Of a stretch of 64,000 nt of DNA, positions 1-10,146 are shown piece by piece. Every line of letters starts with the position of its first letter. The first letter of the stretch is position 1. The notes under the pieces are model-generated. The model did no database searches. It was given only the letters and a program-made list of their open reading frames with translations, and had not been told where the DNA came from. Both the position numbers and the translations under genes were made by a program. Source of the stretch: a virus; IMG/VR virus record IMGVR_UViG_3300006108_000015, positions 5,693 to 69,692 of that record; one strand, given 5' to 3'.

Positions 1-793
1 CAGTAATAGATGATTCACCTTTAGCATCAGTTAAATTAGAATTCTGTTTACCCGGAACAGTTTCTTCAGGATCTTTAGGTGTCTCTTCACCAGTACCTTC
101 TGTATCTTCAGTTTCATTCTCTAGTTCTGATTCATCACCAAAGTCATCATAATCGTTCCAATCATCCATTCCTGAATCCGATTTAAATGATTCTTCTTCA
201 TCGTCATACTCTTCTTTACTTTGTTGTTTGTTCTTTTCTTTTTCTTCTTTGATGTGGTCCATCACCTTCTTGCAAAGAGTAATAACATCATCATATGATT
301 CAGTTGATTCTGCCTCACGAACCAATTGTTTCTCTTTCTCAGAGAATTTAATACCTAAGGATGTACCACCTTTTGAGTAAAGATTTAAACGATCAATGAA
401 GTTCATAAGATTGAGATCAGTACCTAAGGTATTGAAGAAATCTTTTTCAATTAATTCATTGTATCCTTTGAGGAAAGATTGACGAATACCAGGATATTTG
501 GTTTTGATTTTCTTTTCAATACGAACATCTTCAAGTACATTCATGATGGACTTGGATAATTTCATTTCATATGCTTTTTTCATGCCGTCAGCGGGAGTAT
601 ACAAAGCATGACCGACTTCATGACCCATGAATAGATCATATAAGAATGATGAAATGTTATTATCAAGTACGGGAACGGTGAGAATACGATTTTCAACATC
701 AAAGGATGCTGTTTGAACCTTACGCTGTTCAATAGTAAGGTTTTCAGTTGCCATCAATTTGGCCAGAAGGGATTTAGATTGAATGAGTTCCAT
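1..793 (-). CDS. HExxH metallopeptidase-like protein (CobT/VWA-associated type of T4-like phages), 3' end outside window
   Basis: Not in ORF track. Manual translation MELIQSKSLLAKLMATENL...FMGHEVGHALYTP; AGGAG RBS and sigma70 promoter upstream. Confidence 0.75.
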   Translation of the reverse strand, partial: MELIQSKSLLAKLMATENLTIEQRKVQTASFDVENRILTVPVLDNNISSFLYDLFMGHEVGHALYTPADGMKKAYEMKLSKSIMNVLEDVRIEKKIKTKYPGIRQSFLKGYNELIEKDFFNTLGTDLNLMNFIDRLNLYSKGGTSLGIKFSEKEKQLVREAESTESYDDVITLCKKVMDHIKEEKEKNKQQSKEEYDDEEESFKSDSGMDDWNDYDDFGDESELENETEDTEGTGEETPKDPEETVPGKQNSNLTDAKGESSIT

Positions 794-816
794 GTGATCT
801 CCTAGTTGATGAGACC

Positions 817-845
817 ATTATATCAGAGATTGATGATATGGTCAA
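817..845 (-). promoter_or_regulatory. sigma70-type early promoter
   Basis: TTGACC-N17-TATAAT. Confidence 0.7.
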
Positions 846-1513
846 CCGATATGTTCGTAAGTGTTGTATTTTAACAACACCTTTTTAAATTTCTTAACCA
901 TATCTTTACAATTTGAATAATCCATTCCAAAATCTTTAATTAATTCTTTTTTAGGTTCTGTTGCCATGTATGCTTGAATTTCATCAAATAGAACATTATT
1001 ACCATATTGCCTTGTATTAGTTAATACAGAACACATTCTATTGTAATCATCAATATGATTAGTTTGAAACTCTTTAATTAATTCACTCATTTCATTTTTA
1101 TAATCTAGATTCATGTAATATAATGCATGAGCAATTTCATGATCAATTGTATTGGTATCATTCATTAATGTTCCAATAACATAATACTTTCTATCTAGAT
1201 TGAGTCTATCTTTAATCAGACTAATCAGCATACTTTCACGAGGATAATATTCAGCATTAATCTTATTACTCCATTCTTCTATTACATATCCTGGAACATT
1301 AAATCCAGTCCAATAGTTAAAGTAATTAAGTTCACCATCAGATTTCATTTGTTCTTCAACAAATGTTTCTAATGTGAATGCTTTTTGATATAAATTAGGA
1401 TTTGCCGATTCGTAATACTCTTGGACTCTAAAAAAAGACATAGTAAGGTCTTTTTGTTCATTAAATTTAATTAATAAGCAATTATCGACAACAATTTCAG
1501 TTTTAAAATTCAT
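842..1513 (-). CDS. hypothetical protein with HExxH motif (putative Zn peptidase)
   Basis: DHEIAHALYY and downstream DEIQAY. Confidence 0.55.
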   Translation of the reverse strand: MNFKTEIVVDNCLLIKFNEQKDLTMSFFRVQEYYESANPNLYQKAFTLETFVEEQMKSDGELNYFNYWTGFNVPGYVIEEWSNKINAEYYPRESMLISLIKDRLNLDRKYYVIGTLMNDTNTIDHEIAHALYYMNLDYKNEMSELIKEFQTNHIDDYNRMCSVLTNTRQYGNNVLFDEIQAYMATEPKKELIKDFGMDYSNCKDMVKKFKKVLLKYNTYEHIG

Positions 1514-1737
1514 TATTTCTTCTCAAGTGTCCAAGATGTTTTTGTTTTATTTTCATTATCTAATCTACGACTTTCAATCATATGTTCAGCAATCATTTCA
1601 TCAATAAGTGTTCCAGAGTAGTCAAAATCATATTTTACGAGATGATATGCTAAATCTTGAGGAGTAATAAATCTTAAATTGTCAAAAATTTCAGAAAGTG
1701 CTTGCTGAATAACATCTTCTTCACTTTTATCTAACAT
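1513..1737 (-). CDS. hypothetical protein
   Basis: ORF abutting the next gene. Confidence 0.55.
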   Translation of the reverse strand: MLDKSEEDVIQQALSEIFDNLRFITPQDLAYHLVKYDFDYSGTLIDEMIAEHMIESRRLDNENKTKTSWTLEKK

Positions 1738-1753
1738 AATATATTTTTTCCTG

Positions 1754-2131
1754 TTAAAGAACTTCGTTTTTTCGACCGAGTGATGCAGGATTCATACCTG
1801 GTGTGACATAAACATAAGAAGATTTATGTACAGGTGCTGTACACATAGCAATTTCGTCAACTTTTTGCTTATCTGATTCAGAAAGTTTGTAATAATCTTT
1901 CATAATACCAGATTTTGTCAAAGGACCGAGAACAACAGTATCTAAAGATTGTATTTTTGCAGTTTGTCGATAATTTGGCAACAAATATTCATCACCTAAT
2001 GTCGTTTTTACATTAGGTTTCTTAGGTTTTGTCTCAATATTAAGAGATTTTAACCATTTTTCATATTCTTGCTGCTTTTTTACACTAATTTTACGTTTTT
2101 TTGACTTGGCAATTTTCGCATGAATAATCAT
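1754..2131 (-). CDS. basic hypothetical protein
   Basis: ORF downstream of a sigma70 promoter. Confidence 0.6.
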   Translation of the reverse strand: MIIHAKIAKSKKRKISVKKQQEYEKWLKSLNIETKPKKPNVKTTLGDEYLLPNYRQTAKIQSLDTVVLGPLTKSGIMKDYYKLSESDKQKVDEIAMCTAPVHKSSYVYVTPGMNPASLGRKNEVL

Positions 2132-2157
2132 TTTAGACTTCCATCACATAAAAATAC

Positions 2158-2186
2158 AGTATATCACGAAAAATTCATGTAGTCAA
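2158..2186 (-). promoter_or_regulatory. sigma70-type early promoter
   Basis: TTGACT-N17-TATACT. Confidence 0.7.
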
Positions 2187-2194
2187 GTGTAAAT

Positions 2195-2374
2195 TTACTT
2201 CATGTAAACAGTTTCAGCCTCATTTTCTTGAAAAAACTTCTCATATTCGAAATTTTTCATGTGTTTTTTAATTTCTGTATGAGTTTTTCTCTTTTTACCG
2301 TTCGGTTTCTTAGAAAAACCAAAATCATCATTATAATCTTTGTTCTTTCTGAACTTTCCTAAAAACTTTGACAC
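2195..2374 (-). CDS. small basic hypothetical protein (59 aa)
   Basis: Not in ORF track. GTG start after AGGAGA; MSKFLGKFRKNKDY...VYMK. Confidence 0.55.
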   Translation of the reverse strand: MSKFLGKFRKNKDYNDDFGFSKKPNGKKRKTHTEIKKHMKNFEYEKFFQENEAETVYMK

Positions 2375-2388
2375 CTACTTCTCCTATA

Positions 2389-2811
2389 TTATGGAATTAA
2401 ATTGGGAAATGCTTCTTTCACAAACTTATAATTCAAGCCTTTTACACCTAAATCTTTCTTAAAGATACCAATAACAACTTCAGCCTCACGAAATTCTAAA
2501 GATTCTAGAATTTGTAATAGTAATTCGTTTCTTTTTTGCGGGGATAGTTTTTCTGCTGTCGGATTACCCTTTTGGAAAAGGTATAGTTTTCTCAACTGAG
2601 CAGATATTTGAGATATTGAGATTCCAGGAAGAGTATCCGGAGCCTTGTAGTTTTCTGGTAAATCAGAAACCAACCATTCAAATTGTGGATGGTATGCCAA
2701 TTTTAGAACTTCTGTTAATGTATGTGATAGATTTTTCTCTATCACTGCCATTCTTTCTTTTTTTGAAGATGCTTCTTCAAATTCATCAAAAATCTCATAC
2801 ATATTTTTCAT
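2389..2811 (-). CDS. conserved T4-like phage hypothetical protein
   Basis: Abuts rnh; resembles a recurrent neighbour in T4-like phages. Confidence 0.65.
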   Translation of the reverse strand: MKNMYEIFDEFEEASSKKERMAVIEKNLSHTLTEVLKLAYHPQFEWLVSDLPENYKAPDTLPGISISQISAQLRKLYLFQKGNPTAEKLSPQKRNELLLQILESLEFREAEVVIGIFKKDLGVKGLNYKFVKEAFPNLIP

Positions 2812-3653
2812 TAGAATTCCTCAATTACATCCATTAAATTCTTTAATTTGTGTTCAATAAAATAACTTAACATTTTCTGTTTAGTTGCAGGTTTTGTTTC
2901 TTCGTATGTATTTATGATTTTCTGTTTTAGTTCGGAAGGAATCATGTTCAAATCAATCAGCATTTCATTTCTAGAGTAACCTATTCTAGAGTTTTCATCC
3001 CATTTAGTATGGTCCTCTGTCAGCAACTTTTCTAACACACCTTTTGTGATAGGTTTTTGTCTGAGATCACGAACAAAACAATCAGATGGTGATAGAATGT
3101 TTGGAATACCATCACCTTTATCACCCTTGATGATTTTCTCTTTTAATTCTAGTGTCGGATTAACAGATTTAACAAATTTCTTCTGAATGGGATTATATTG
3201 CTTCACATTCTTATACTTTTGAAGTTGAATGAAATCACCATCACTGGAAATAATCAATACCTTATCATGTACACTTTGTCGAGGAGCCAAAGTACCGATA
3301 ATATCATCCGCCTCGGCATTTTCAACATCAATCACTTTGTACGGAAAAGATTCTCGTAATTCTTGTTTGAATTTATCTAACATAGAGAAAATTAGATGCC
3401 AATCTAAATTAGACTTCTCTCTAGATTTTTTACGACCTGCTTTATAATATGGAAAGTACTCTTTACGCCAGTATTTTCTATTGTCACAACATAAGACAAC
3501 TTCACCATACTCATCTTTGAAGTTTTTCACATGTGTACGGATGATATTCAAAATCATATGACGAATCAAATCTTCTTCTAATTTCACAGACTTGTTTGAA
3601 ATCTGTGCCATCAGTCCAGCCAACAATACTTGATTTAGATCAATGAGAATCAT
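2811..3653 (-). CDS. rnh: T4-type RNase H / 5'-3' exonuclease
   Basis: MILIDLNQ, WRKEYFPYYKA, EADDII, SSDGDF, GDKGDGIPN motifs. Confidence 0.93.
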   Translation of the reverse strand: MILIDLNQVLLAGLMAQISNKSVKLEEDLIRHMILNIIRTHVKNFKDEYGEVVLCCDNRKYWRKEYFPYYKAGRKKSREKSNLDWHLIFSMLDKFKQELRESFPYKVIDVENAEADDIIGTLAPRQSVHDKVLIISSDGDFIQLQKYKNVKQYNPIQKKFVKSVNPTLELKEKIIKGDKGDGIPNILSPSDCFVRDLRQKPITKGVLEKLLTEDHTKWDENSRIGYSRNEMLIDLNMIPSELKQKIINTYEETKPATKQKMLSYFIEHKLKNLMDVIEEF

Positions 3654-3682
3654 GATATACTCTGGTTATTTTACAATGATTT

Positions 3683-3711
3683 ATTATATCACGAATTGAT
3701 TATACTGTCAA
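3683..3711 (-). promoter_or_regulatory. sigma70-type promoter upstream of rnh
   Basis: TTGACA-N17-TATAAT, perfect consensus. Confidence 0.8.
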
Positions 3712-4030
3712 GTAGTTTATCTGCGGTATATTGTGAGGTTGTAGTCTTCTTCATAAACATGCCATACCATCCTTGAGGTATCAAGGTTGAAGCATAATCA
3801 AGAGGAGATACAAGTACAGCATCGAACTTATCATATGAACAAATATCACCACTATCATCAAATTTAAATGTTATTATGTGATAAGAATCGCCTACGTGAC
3901 CCACATCTAGTTTTTCACCGGGATCAACATAATCTAATAACTCAATTTCCATTTCATCATCACTATCTCCGGGAAGGAAATAGATAATGTCGAAACTTCT
4001 ATGGCTCATTTCCCTTAAGTAATCTAACAT
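3689..4030 (-). CDS. hypothetical protein
   Basis: ORF in co-directional gene run. Confidence 0.55.
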   Translation of the reverse strand: MLDYLREMSHRSFDIIYFLPGDSDDEMEIELLDYVDPGEKLDVGHVGDSYHIITFKFDDSGDICSYDKFDAVLVSPLDYASTLIPQGWYGMFMKKTTTSQYTADKLLDSIINS

Positions 4031-4436
4031 TATATCCTTTAATATGTGATTTTCTTACTCTAACCATTATCCATGTATTGTAATAATCATCACTTTCCAT
4101 TACATTACGAGAAAATTGTTCCTTCGCTTCCAGATAACTACATTCACCTTTAGATTTACATATATGTAATATAGTTCTGTTGAAGTTTTCTTTTCCTAAC
4201 TTGATCACATCATTTTTTAGTTCTTCATTAGAACCATAATAGTCTTGCCAATCACTTAAAACTTTATATCTTTTTTTCTTACCTTTGACTTGTTTGGTTC
4301 TTGCTGAATGAAACAGTTTTTTGCCGATGTACTTTCTACCACTAATCAAATTGGTTATTTCGTACACAAAACCTATATTATCATCAATCAAGTCTTCTGT
4401 AAAGTCTTTTTCTTGATAAATCCAATTTAATCCCAT
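3999..4436 (-). CDS. GIY-YIG endonuclease
   Basis: GFVYEITNLISGRKYIGKK...YYGS...YYN. Confidence 0.8.
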   Translation of the reverse strand: MGLNWIYQEKDFTEDLIDDNIGFVYEITNLISGRKYIGKKLFHSARTKQVKGKKKRYKVLSDWQDYYGSNEELKNDVIKLGKENFNRTILHICKSKGECSYLEAKEQFSRNVMESDDYYNTWIMVRVRKSHIKGYNVRLLKGNEP

Positions 4437-4615
4437 GATTCATCATCAGAGTAATCATCATCTTCTTCATCATACTCTTCCGTCAACTCTTCTATCATCT
4501 CTCCACAGAAAGGACAGTGTTCTGGATACTCTTCGGATGCTAATTCTTGGTAATATTGTATGGAGTAAGTTGATTCACAACTTAGACATTCTCCCGATAC
4601 TATTTTTTCTATCAT
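4427..4615 (-). CDS. small Zn-ribbon protein with acidic tail
   Basis: CLSC...CPFC. Confidence 0.65.
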   Translation of the reverse strand: MIEKIVSGECLSCESTYSIQYYQELASEEYPEHCPFCGEMIEELTEEYDEEDDDYSDDESWD

Positions 4616-4639
4616 TTGATTTACTCTCTATTTTTGTTA

Positions 4640-5629
4640 TTATTTGGCCCACACATCACCCCAATCACCAGATAATGCACCTTTGGCATAATCTGTTGCA
4701 CGATTCTCAAAGAAGTTAGTGTGTGTTGGAGCATTAATCATTTCTTCTACCCACGGTAATGGATTCTTTTTGACTTTGAATACACCTTTAAGTCCTAGTG
4801 AAATTAGTCTACGATCTGCAATATATCTTATATATTTCTTAACTTCTTCTGATGTTAACTCTTCCATCTGATTTACATTAAATGCTAGATCAATAAATCT
4901 ATCCTCTAGTTCAACCATTTTTTCGGCAGTTGTATATATCTGTGATTTTAAATCATCTGTCCAAATCTCTCGATTCTCTTCAATATATGTTCTGAAAAGT
5001 TTAATCATAGACTCACAATGCTGAGTTTCATCAACAATAGACCAAGTAACAATTTGACCCATACCTTTCATTTTACCATGTCTCGGAAAATTTAATAACA
5101 TGATGAATGAACTAAACAGTTGCATACCTTCAGTGAATGCTGAGAATACTGCAATATGTTTTGCTGTATTTTCTTTACTCGTATTTTTACTTGCAATGTC
5201 CATGATATAGTCATGTTTATCTTTCATCTCTTGATACTCTAGGAACTCATTATAAGTCGTTTCCGGCAGACCTAAAGTCTCGATGAGATGTGAGTATGCT
5301 GCGATGTGTAATGCCTCCCTGGAAGCGAATCCAAGAAGCATCATACGCACTTCTGGTTGAGGAAAATATGGAAGATAATTTCTAACATATCCACCAGCAA
5401 CATCAATATCACCTTGAGTAAAAAATCTAAAGATATGTGTTAGAAATTGTTTTTCTTCTTTTGTTAGTTTCTTTTTCCAATCTTTAACATCTTCCAACAT
5501 TGGAACTTCAGTATGCAACCAGTGTGACTGCTCATGTTTCAACCAAGAATCATATGCCCATGGATATGTAAAAGGTTTAAAATAATCTCTTTCGTTTGTT
5601 AGTGTTAAGTCTTTATTCTTTTTAATCAT
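4640..5629 (-). CDS. nrdB: ribonucleotide reductase class I beta subunit
   Basis: FFTQGD, EALH..AY, EGMQLFSSF, DETQH, NFFE. Confidence 0.95.
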   Translation of the reverse strand: MIKKNKDLTLTNERDYFKPFTYPWAYDSWLKHEQSHWLHTEVPMLEDVKDWKKKLTKEEKQFLTHIFRFFTQGDIDVAGGYVRNYLPYFPQPEVRMMLLGFASREALHIAAYSHLIETLGLPETTYNEFLEYQEMKDKHDYIMDIASKNTSKENTAKHIAVFSAFTEGMQLFSSFIMLLNFPRHGKMKGMGQIVTWSIVDETQHCESMIKLFRTYIEENREIWTDDLKSQIYTTAEKMVELEDRFIDLAFNVNQMEELTSEEVKKYIRYIADRRLISLGLKGVFKVKKNPLPWVEEMINAPTHTNFFENRATDYAKGALSGDWGDVWAK

Positions 5630-5631
5630 TT

Positions 5632-7416
5632 TTATCCTTCACAAGCAATGCAATCATTGCCTTGTGCTATTTGAGTTAAGTCGAGTTCTTTAATAACTTG
5701 TCTTTCAATTTTCTTTGAAACTTTATCTGCTTTACCTATTTTCTCAGAACGGCAATAATAAAGTGTTTTCAATCCTTTCTTCCAAGCCATAAAGTGAATC
5801 GCATGTATATATTTGATATGTGAATCAGGTCTGAAGAAAAGATTCAAAGATTGCGCTTGGTCAATAAACTCTTGTCTATCAGCAGCAAGATCAATAACCC
5901 ATCTTTGATCTATTTCCATAGATGTTTTGAATACTGCTTTTTGTTGTTCATCTAATATATCTAAATGTTGGACTGAACCATCATTTGCAATTATTGATGA
6001 CCAGACTTCATTATATTTCTCTTCTTCTGGTAACAAATCTTTAAGTATGATATCCAACCATCTATTTTTGTTAAGATATGATCCAGATAAAGTATCTTGC
6101 CTATATGCATTAGCACGATATGGCTCAATAGAAGGAGAAGTATTACCCATAATGATAGAAGAAGAAGCATTGGGAGCAATAGCCATAAGATGACTAAACC
6201 TACGACCTGTGTTATAAGCATCAGGCGCTTCACCTCTTTCATCACCCAATTGTAAATTTGCTGCATCCAATTTCTCCCTAATGTTTTTAAACATATTCCT
6301 ATTGGTTATTTTAGCAACAACACTTTCAAAAACTATTCCATTTTTCTGTAAATATGCATGAAATCCTAATGCACCAATACCAATGGATCGTTCACGAGCA
6401 GCAGAGTATCTTGCTCTTGAAATCACATCGGGAGCATTATCTATAAAATGTTGTAATACATTATCTAACATTTCCGCAACATCTTTGAGGAATAACTTAT
6501 TATCTTTCCATTCGTCATAGTTTTCTAAATTCAAACTAGATAAGCAACATACAGCAGTTCTTTCCTCATTTGTAGGTAGAACAATCTCAGAACAAAGATT
6601 TGATTGATGAATTTTCAATCCCTTTTCTTTCAAGAAGAATGGTAAGGATTTGTTACTCGTGTCAATATAGTGGATATAAGGCTCTCCGGTGTGCATACGC
6701 AATTCTAATATCATCTGCCATAGATACTTAGCAGAAACGACCTCACGCACCTGTTTAGAGTTTGGATCGATTAATTCCCAACTATCATCATAGTCTGGAT
6801 CTAACATACACTTCTCAATGATGGCCATAAAATCATCAGTAATGTTTACTCCATGATGGAGATTTAAACATCTTACATTTGGGTCTCCTGTTGGCTTTCG
6901 CATCTCCAAGAACGGAATAATGTCGGGATGGCTGATATCAAGATAAGCAGCATAAGAACCACGGCGAGTCCTACCTTGGCGGTAAGCAAGAGAACTCGCA
7001 TCGTATATTTTAAGATGAGGCATAACGCCAGTAGACTTATCATCGGCAGAACGAATACCAAAGCCAATACCCACACCACCACCGAACATAGATAGCCAAT
7101 TAGTTTCTGATAGATTCTCAACTAAACCCTCCGCAGTATCTTCAACATAATTAAGAAAACAAGAAATAGGTAGACCTCTTTTAGATCGACCAAATGATAA
7201 AATGGGTGTGGAGTAACTCAACCAATGTTTACTACTATAATCATATAATCTTTGAGCGTGTTCTGGATTTGAAGAGAATGACTTTGAAACGAATGCAAAT
7301 CTGTGTTGAGGTGATGTTTCATCTTCTCTCATATAACTTTCTTGAAGTCTTTTGATGCCTAGATCATCAAATAAACTATCTCTATTTAAATCTATCTCTA
7401 TTCCCAAGTATTTCAT
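5632..7416 (-). CDS. nrdA: ribonucleotide reductase class I alpha subunit, no ATP cone
   Basis: PISCF, SNLCSEI, VCCLSS, APNASSS, KTLYY, C-terminal CIACEG. Confidence 0.95.
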   Translation of the reverse strand: MKYLGIEIDLNRDSLFDDLGIKRLQESYMREDETSPQHRFAFVSKSFSSNPEHAQRLYDYSSKHWLSYSTPILSFGRSKRGLPISCFLNYVEDTAEGLVENLSETNWLSMFGGGVGIGFGIRSADDKSTGVMPHLKIYDASSLAYRQGRTRRGSYAAYLDISHPDIIPFLEMRKPTGDPNVRCLNLHHGVNITDDFMAIIEKCMLDPDYDDSWELIDPNSKQVREVVSAKYLWQMILELRMHTGEPYIHYIDTSNKSLPFFLKEKGLKIHQSNLCSEIVLPTNEERTAVCCLSSLNLENYDEWKDNKLFLKDVAEMLDNVLQHFIDNAPDVISRARYSAARERSIGIGALGFHAYLQKNGIVFESVVAKITNRNMFKNIREKLDAANLQLGDERGEAPDAYNTGRRFSHLMAIAPNASSSIIMGNTSPSIEPYRANAYRQDTLSGSYLNKNRWLDIILKDLLPEEEKYNEVWSSIIANDGSVQHLDILDEQQKAVFKTSMEIDQRWVIDLAADRQEFIDQAQSLNLFFRPDSHIKYIHAIHFMAWKKGLKTLYYCRSEKIGKADKVSKKIERQVIKELDLTQIAQGNDCIACEG

Positions 7417-7435
7417 ATATTCCTACCTTATTATT

Positions 7436-8080
7436 CTATTTTATAAATTCAGTGATGATTGGAAAAATTGATTCTATCTCATCTGCACATGCAAGAGCAA
7501 CTTCACGATGTTCTTTTTGTGTTTCAATTCCGCTTCGTATCTGTATATAGTGAATCCAAGATCGTAAAGTTCCATTCATATACATTCTACTTTTTGTCAT
7601 ACCCTCAGGTAATATTGATCTCGCTTGTTCTTTTGCAATACCATTTTCTAAAGCCCATTCATAATGAGTTTGTATGTTTGATACGAGAACTTTTTGAATA
7701 CTATTCCATTTTTCTTGCAATTCAAGATTGTCAGTTTCAATACTATTCTGCCTATTTTTTAAGTCTTGTAGTCTTGCTTCACGCACTTCAAATCCCAACT
7801 GTGAAGCATCGGCATATCTTTGACTAAATTCTTGAAAACTAAAACTTCTATGTCTTAGGATTTGTCTTGCAATATCTCTAGTTGTTTCAATTTCAAGACA
7901 AACATTTACCATCTCCAAAGGAGACCAATGTTTATTTTTGATAAGATACCGAACTAACTTTTCAGCAGTTTCATTATTATGTTGATTTGATGGATTGGAT
8001 ACACGAGCAGCATATGCAACTTGTTCTAATAAATTTTTACCATCTTCTGTCTGCGAATAATTAATCAATGTAACTTTCAT
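7436..8080 (-). CDS. thyX: flavin-dependent thymidylate synthase
   Basis: HWSPLE, RQILRHRSFSFQEFSQRY. Confidence 0.95.
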   Translation of the reverse strand: MKVTLINYSQTEDGKNLLEQVAYAARVSNPSNQHNNETAEKLVRYLIKNKHWSPLEMVNVCLEIETTRDIARQILRHRSFSFQEFSQRYADASQLGFEVREARLQDLKNRQNSIETDNLELQEKWNSIQKVLVSNIQTHYEWALENGIAKEQARSILPEGMTKSRMYMNGTLRSWIHYIQIRSGIETQKEHREVALACADEIESIFPIITEFIK

Positions 8081-8081
8081 A

Positions 8082-9092
8082 TTATACCTTTTTCCAATTC
8101 ACGAATTCCATCTTTGCTCTCAAATTTACAAATGTGTTTTTCTCAATTATATCTAATAATTCTTCAATGTCAAAACCGGATAACACCATATCGTTTATGT
8201 CTTTTTCTTGAATCATCTCTGGCCAAATAACAACATTGAAATGTTCATCAATAGCCTTCTCTATAAGTTTAACAATGTCTTTGTTTCTAGGTTCATTATC
8301 AAAAATAAGTGTAACTTTGCTTCTATCGAATAGATCAACAACAGATTGTAAATTTGAATTGGCAACTGCTATACCATTCTTAAGAAACATTGAATCTATA
8401 GGACCTTCAACAACATATATCATCTGTTCTTCATCGACTTTATCTAATCCAAATGCTTTGGTACCTTCATCACTCATTTTAATAGTGATGTATCGCATTT
8501 TAGATTCACCCAATGCTCTACCTTGAAATGCTATCAGATTACCATCTTTATCATAGAATGGTATGACTAATCTTTGATCATTGTCATACAATTCTTTTTC
8601 AATACCTAGATCAGTTACAAACTTCTTAAAATCTTCCGCAAAATATAAATCAGAATATCTATCCTTAGGAATCATTCTGTTTATAACATATTTTTTAGCA
8701 AAATGATCATCAGATAGTGATTCGATACTAGGTATATCCAACTTCTTCTTAAAAACTGGAGTTGATGTTTTGACTTCATTAAACTCCGGTTTCGGATAGT
8801 TGTTGTTACCTGTCTCACCATTTTTATATCTCTCTAGAGCATATTCGCTAACAAGAGATGGATCAACTTGTTTGAGGAAGTTGTAAAAAGTTGTACTAAT
8901 GCTACAGTTATGACACATGTAGAAATAGTCGTTCTTTTTACGGTAAACGTAACCTCTAGATTTTGTTTTATTTTTCTGTGAGTCCCCACAGAGAGGGCAA
9001 CGAAAGTTGTATAGATCGTCTTTTTTGCGTGTAAATCTTTGTAGTTTTGGTGAAACTCTCAAAAGGAAACTTCTATCAATAAAAACACTCAT
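8082..9092 (-). CDS. 61: DNA primase
   Basis: CPLCGDS..CHNC Zn finger; VEGPIDS TOPRIM; FDNEPRN; KDIND. Confidence 0.93.
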   Translation of the reverse strand: MSVFIDRSFLLRVSPKLQRFTRKKDDLYNFRCPLCGDSQKNKTKSRGYVYRKKNDYFYMCHNCSISTTFYNFLKQVDPSLVSEYALERYKNGETGNNNYPKPEFNEVKTSTPVFKKKLDIPSIESLSDDHFAKKYVINRMIPKDRYSDLYFAEDFKKFVTDLGIEKELYDNDQRLVIPFYDKDGNLIAFQGRALGESKMRYITIKMSDEGTKAFGLDKVDEEQMIYVVEGPIDSMFLKNGIAVANSNLQSVVDLFDRSKVTLIFDNEPRNKDIVKLIEKAIDEHFNVVIWPEMIQEKDINDMVLSGFDIEELLDIIEKNTFVNLRAKMEFVNWKKV

Positions 9093-9107
9093 ATTATAAT
9101 ATTTAAC

Positions 9108-9539
9108 TCAATGTATGAAGATTCCTTTCATTATATCAAAGTTTTCACGAGAAATCAACCACATTAATAACATAATGGCACCAACGGTCATCCACTTCCA
9201 CTGATTCAACTTCTCAAGTTGAGATTCTTCATATTTACCACGCTTTAACATTTCTTCACGCAGTTCTTTTATGTCACCAGTAATTCTTAATTCAGATAAA
9301 TGCATTTTGTCTAATACAACATCTATTCGGTCGTGGATTTCTTTAATGTCAGATTCAGTTTCAAGTCTTCTATTGTCCATATCGGTATATACTTTGGCAA
9401 TATGACGGTCGTGCTGGTCTACCAGTTTTTCTATGACTGTATCCATTTTTGAGCAGAGTGTTGTTAAGGTTGAAACTTGGGTTTGTAATATACCAATATC
9501 AACTTTTACATCGACGCATTCGTCTGAAGCCTGTACCAT
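9108..9539 (-). CDS. coiled-coil protein with C-terminal transmembrane helix (lysis-cassette neighbour)
   Basis: Heptad pattern, then WKWMTVGAIMLLMWLI. Confidence 0.6.
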   Translation of the reverse strand: MVQASDECVDVKVDIGILQTQVSTLTTLCSKMDTVIEKLVDQHDRHIAKVYTDMDNRRLETESDIKEIHDRIDVVLDKMHLSELRITGDIKELREEMLKRGKYEESQLEKLNQWKWMTVGAIMLLMWLISRENFDIMKGIFIH

Positions 9540-9540
9540 T

Positions 9541-9687
9541 TTATCTCTTCTTTATCGGTGTTATTTTGTGACCATCAAATTTGTGATGATGTTTGATTAC
9601 TTTTTTTGGATGATGAGGAACTTTTGCTTCAGCATTTAGTGAAAATACAATCATTGTTGCTAATAATGTTATAATTGCTTTCTTCAT
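9541..9687 (-). CDS. small secreted basic peptide (48 aa)
   Basis: Not in ORF track. MKKAIITLLATMIVFSLNAEA signal peptide, then a K/H-rich tail; AAGGA RBS. Confidence 0.55.
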   Translation of the reverse strand: MKKAIITLLATMIVFSLNAEAKVPHHPKKVIKHHHKFDGHKITPIKKR

Positions 9688-9699
9688 ATTTATTTTCCT

Positions 9700-10146
9700 T
9701 TATCTTTCAGGTGGAGTTGATTGTGGTACTGAAATTGGTGTTGATGTTGATACAGGAGATGTCATAGATGTAACCGATGATTGCATCATGGAAGAACTAG
9801 TCATACCCATTCCTGGAAAACCAGAAGAAATGTTCACTCCTGCCATTTTCTCTTGTGTTCTACCATAAGCACTGATACCTATGATTGCACCCATAGAGAG
9901 ATGAAACAATCCAGCACCTTGCATAGTCAATGGTTGCCACTGAGATGTCACTTGACCTTTATAAACTGCTTGCAACAAAGACCATAATATGGGTGCTGCA
10001 ATAAAATCAAAAACACAGACGCAGAGATACATCCAACCCATCGCTGGACGCCATTTACTATTTAACCAATGTTCCTCTTGTGCATCAGGAGTATCAGTAG
10101 GTATCTCAGTTATTGAAGTTGTTTGATCACTTATTGTACTAATCAT
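9700..10146 (-). CDS. putative holin (GTA 3TM-holin-like)
   Basis: KWRPAMGWMY motif, hydrophobic helices, near endolysin; start moved to MISTIS. Confidence 0.7.
   Translation of the reverse strand: MISTISDQTTSITEIPTDTPDAQEEHWLNSKWRPAMGWMYLCVCVFDFIAAPILWSLLQAVYKGQVTSQWQPLTMQGAGLFHLSMGAIIGISAYGRTQEKMAGVNISSGFPGMGMTSSSMMQSSVTSMTSPVSTSTPISVPQSTPPER

Noticed and set aside
4640-8080. Introns or inteins in nrdA, nrdB or thyX
   Set aside because: All are continuous and of ordinary length; the same holds for genes 41 and 43
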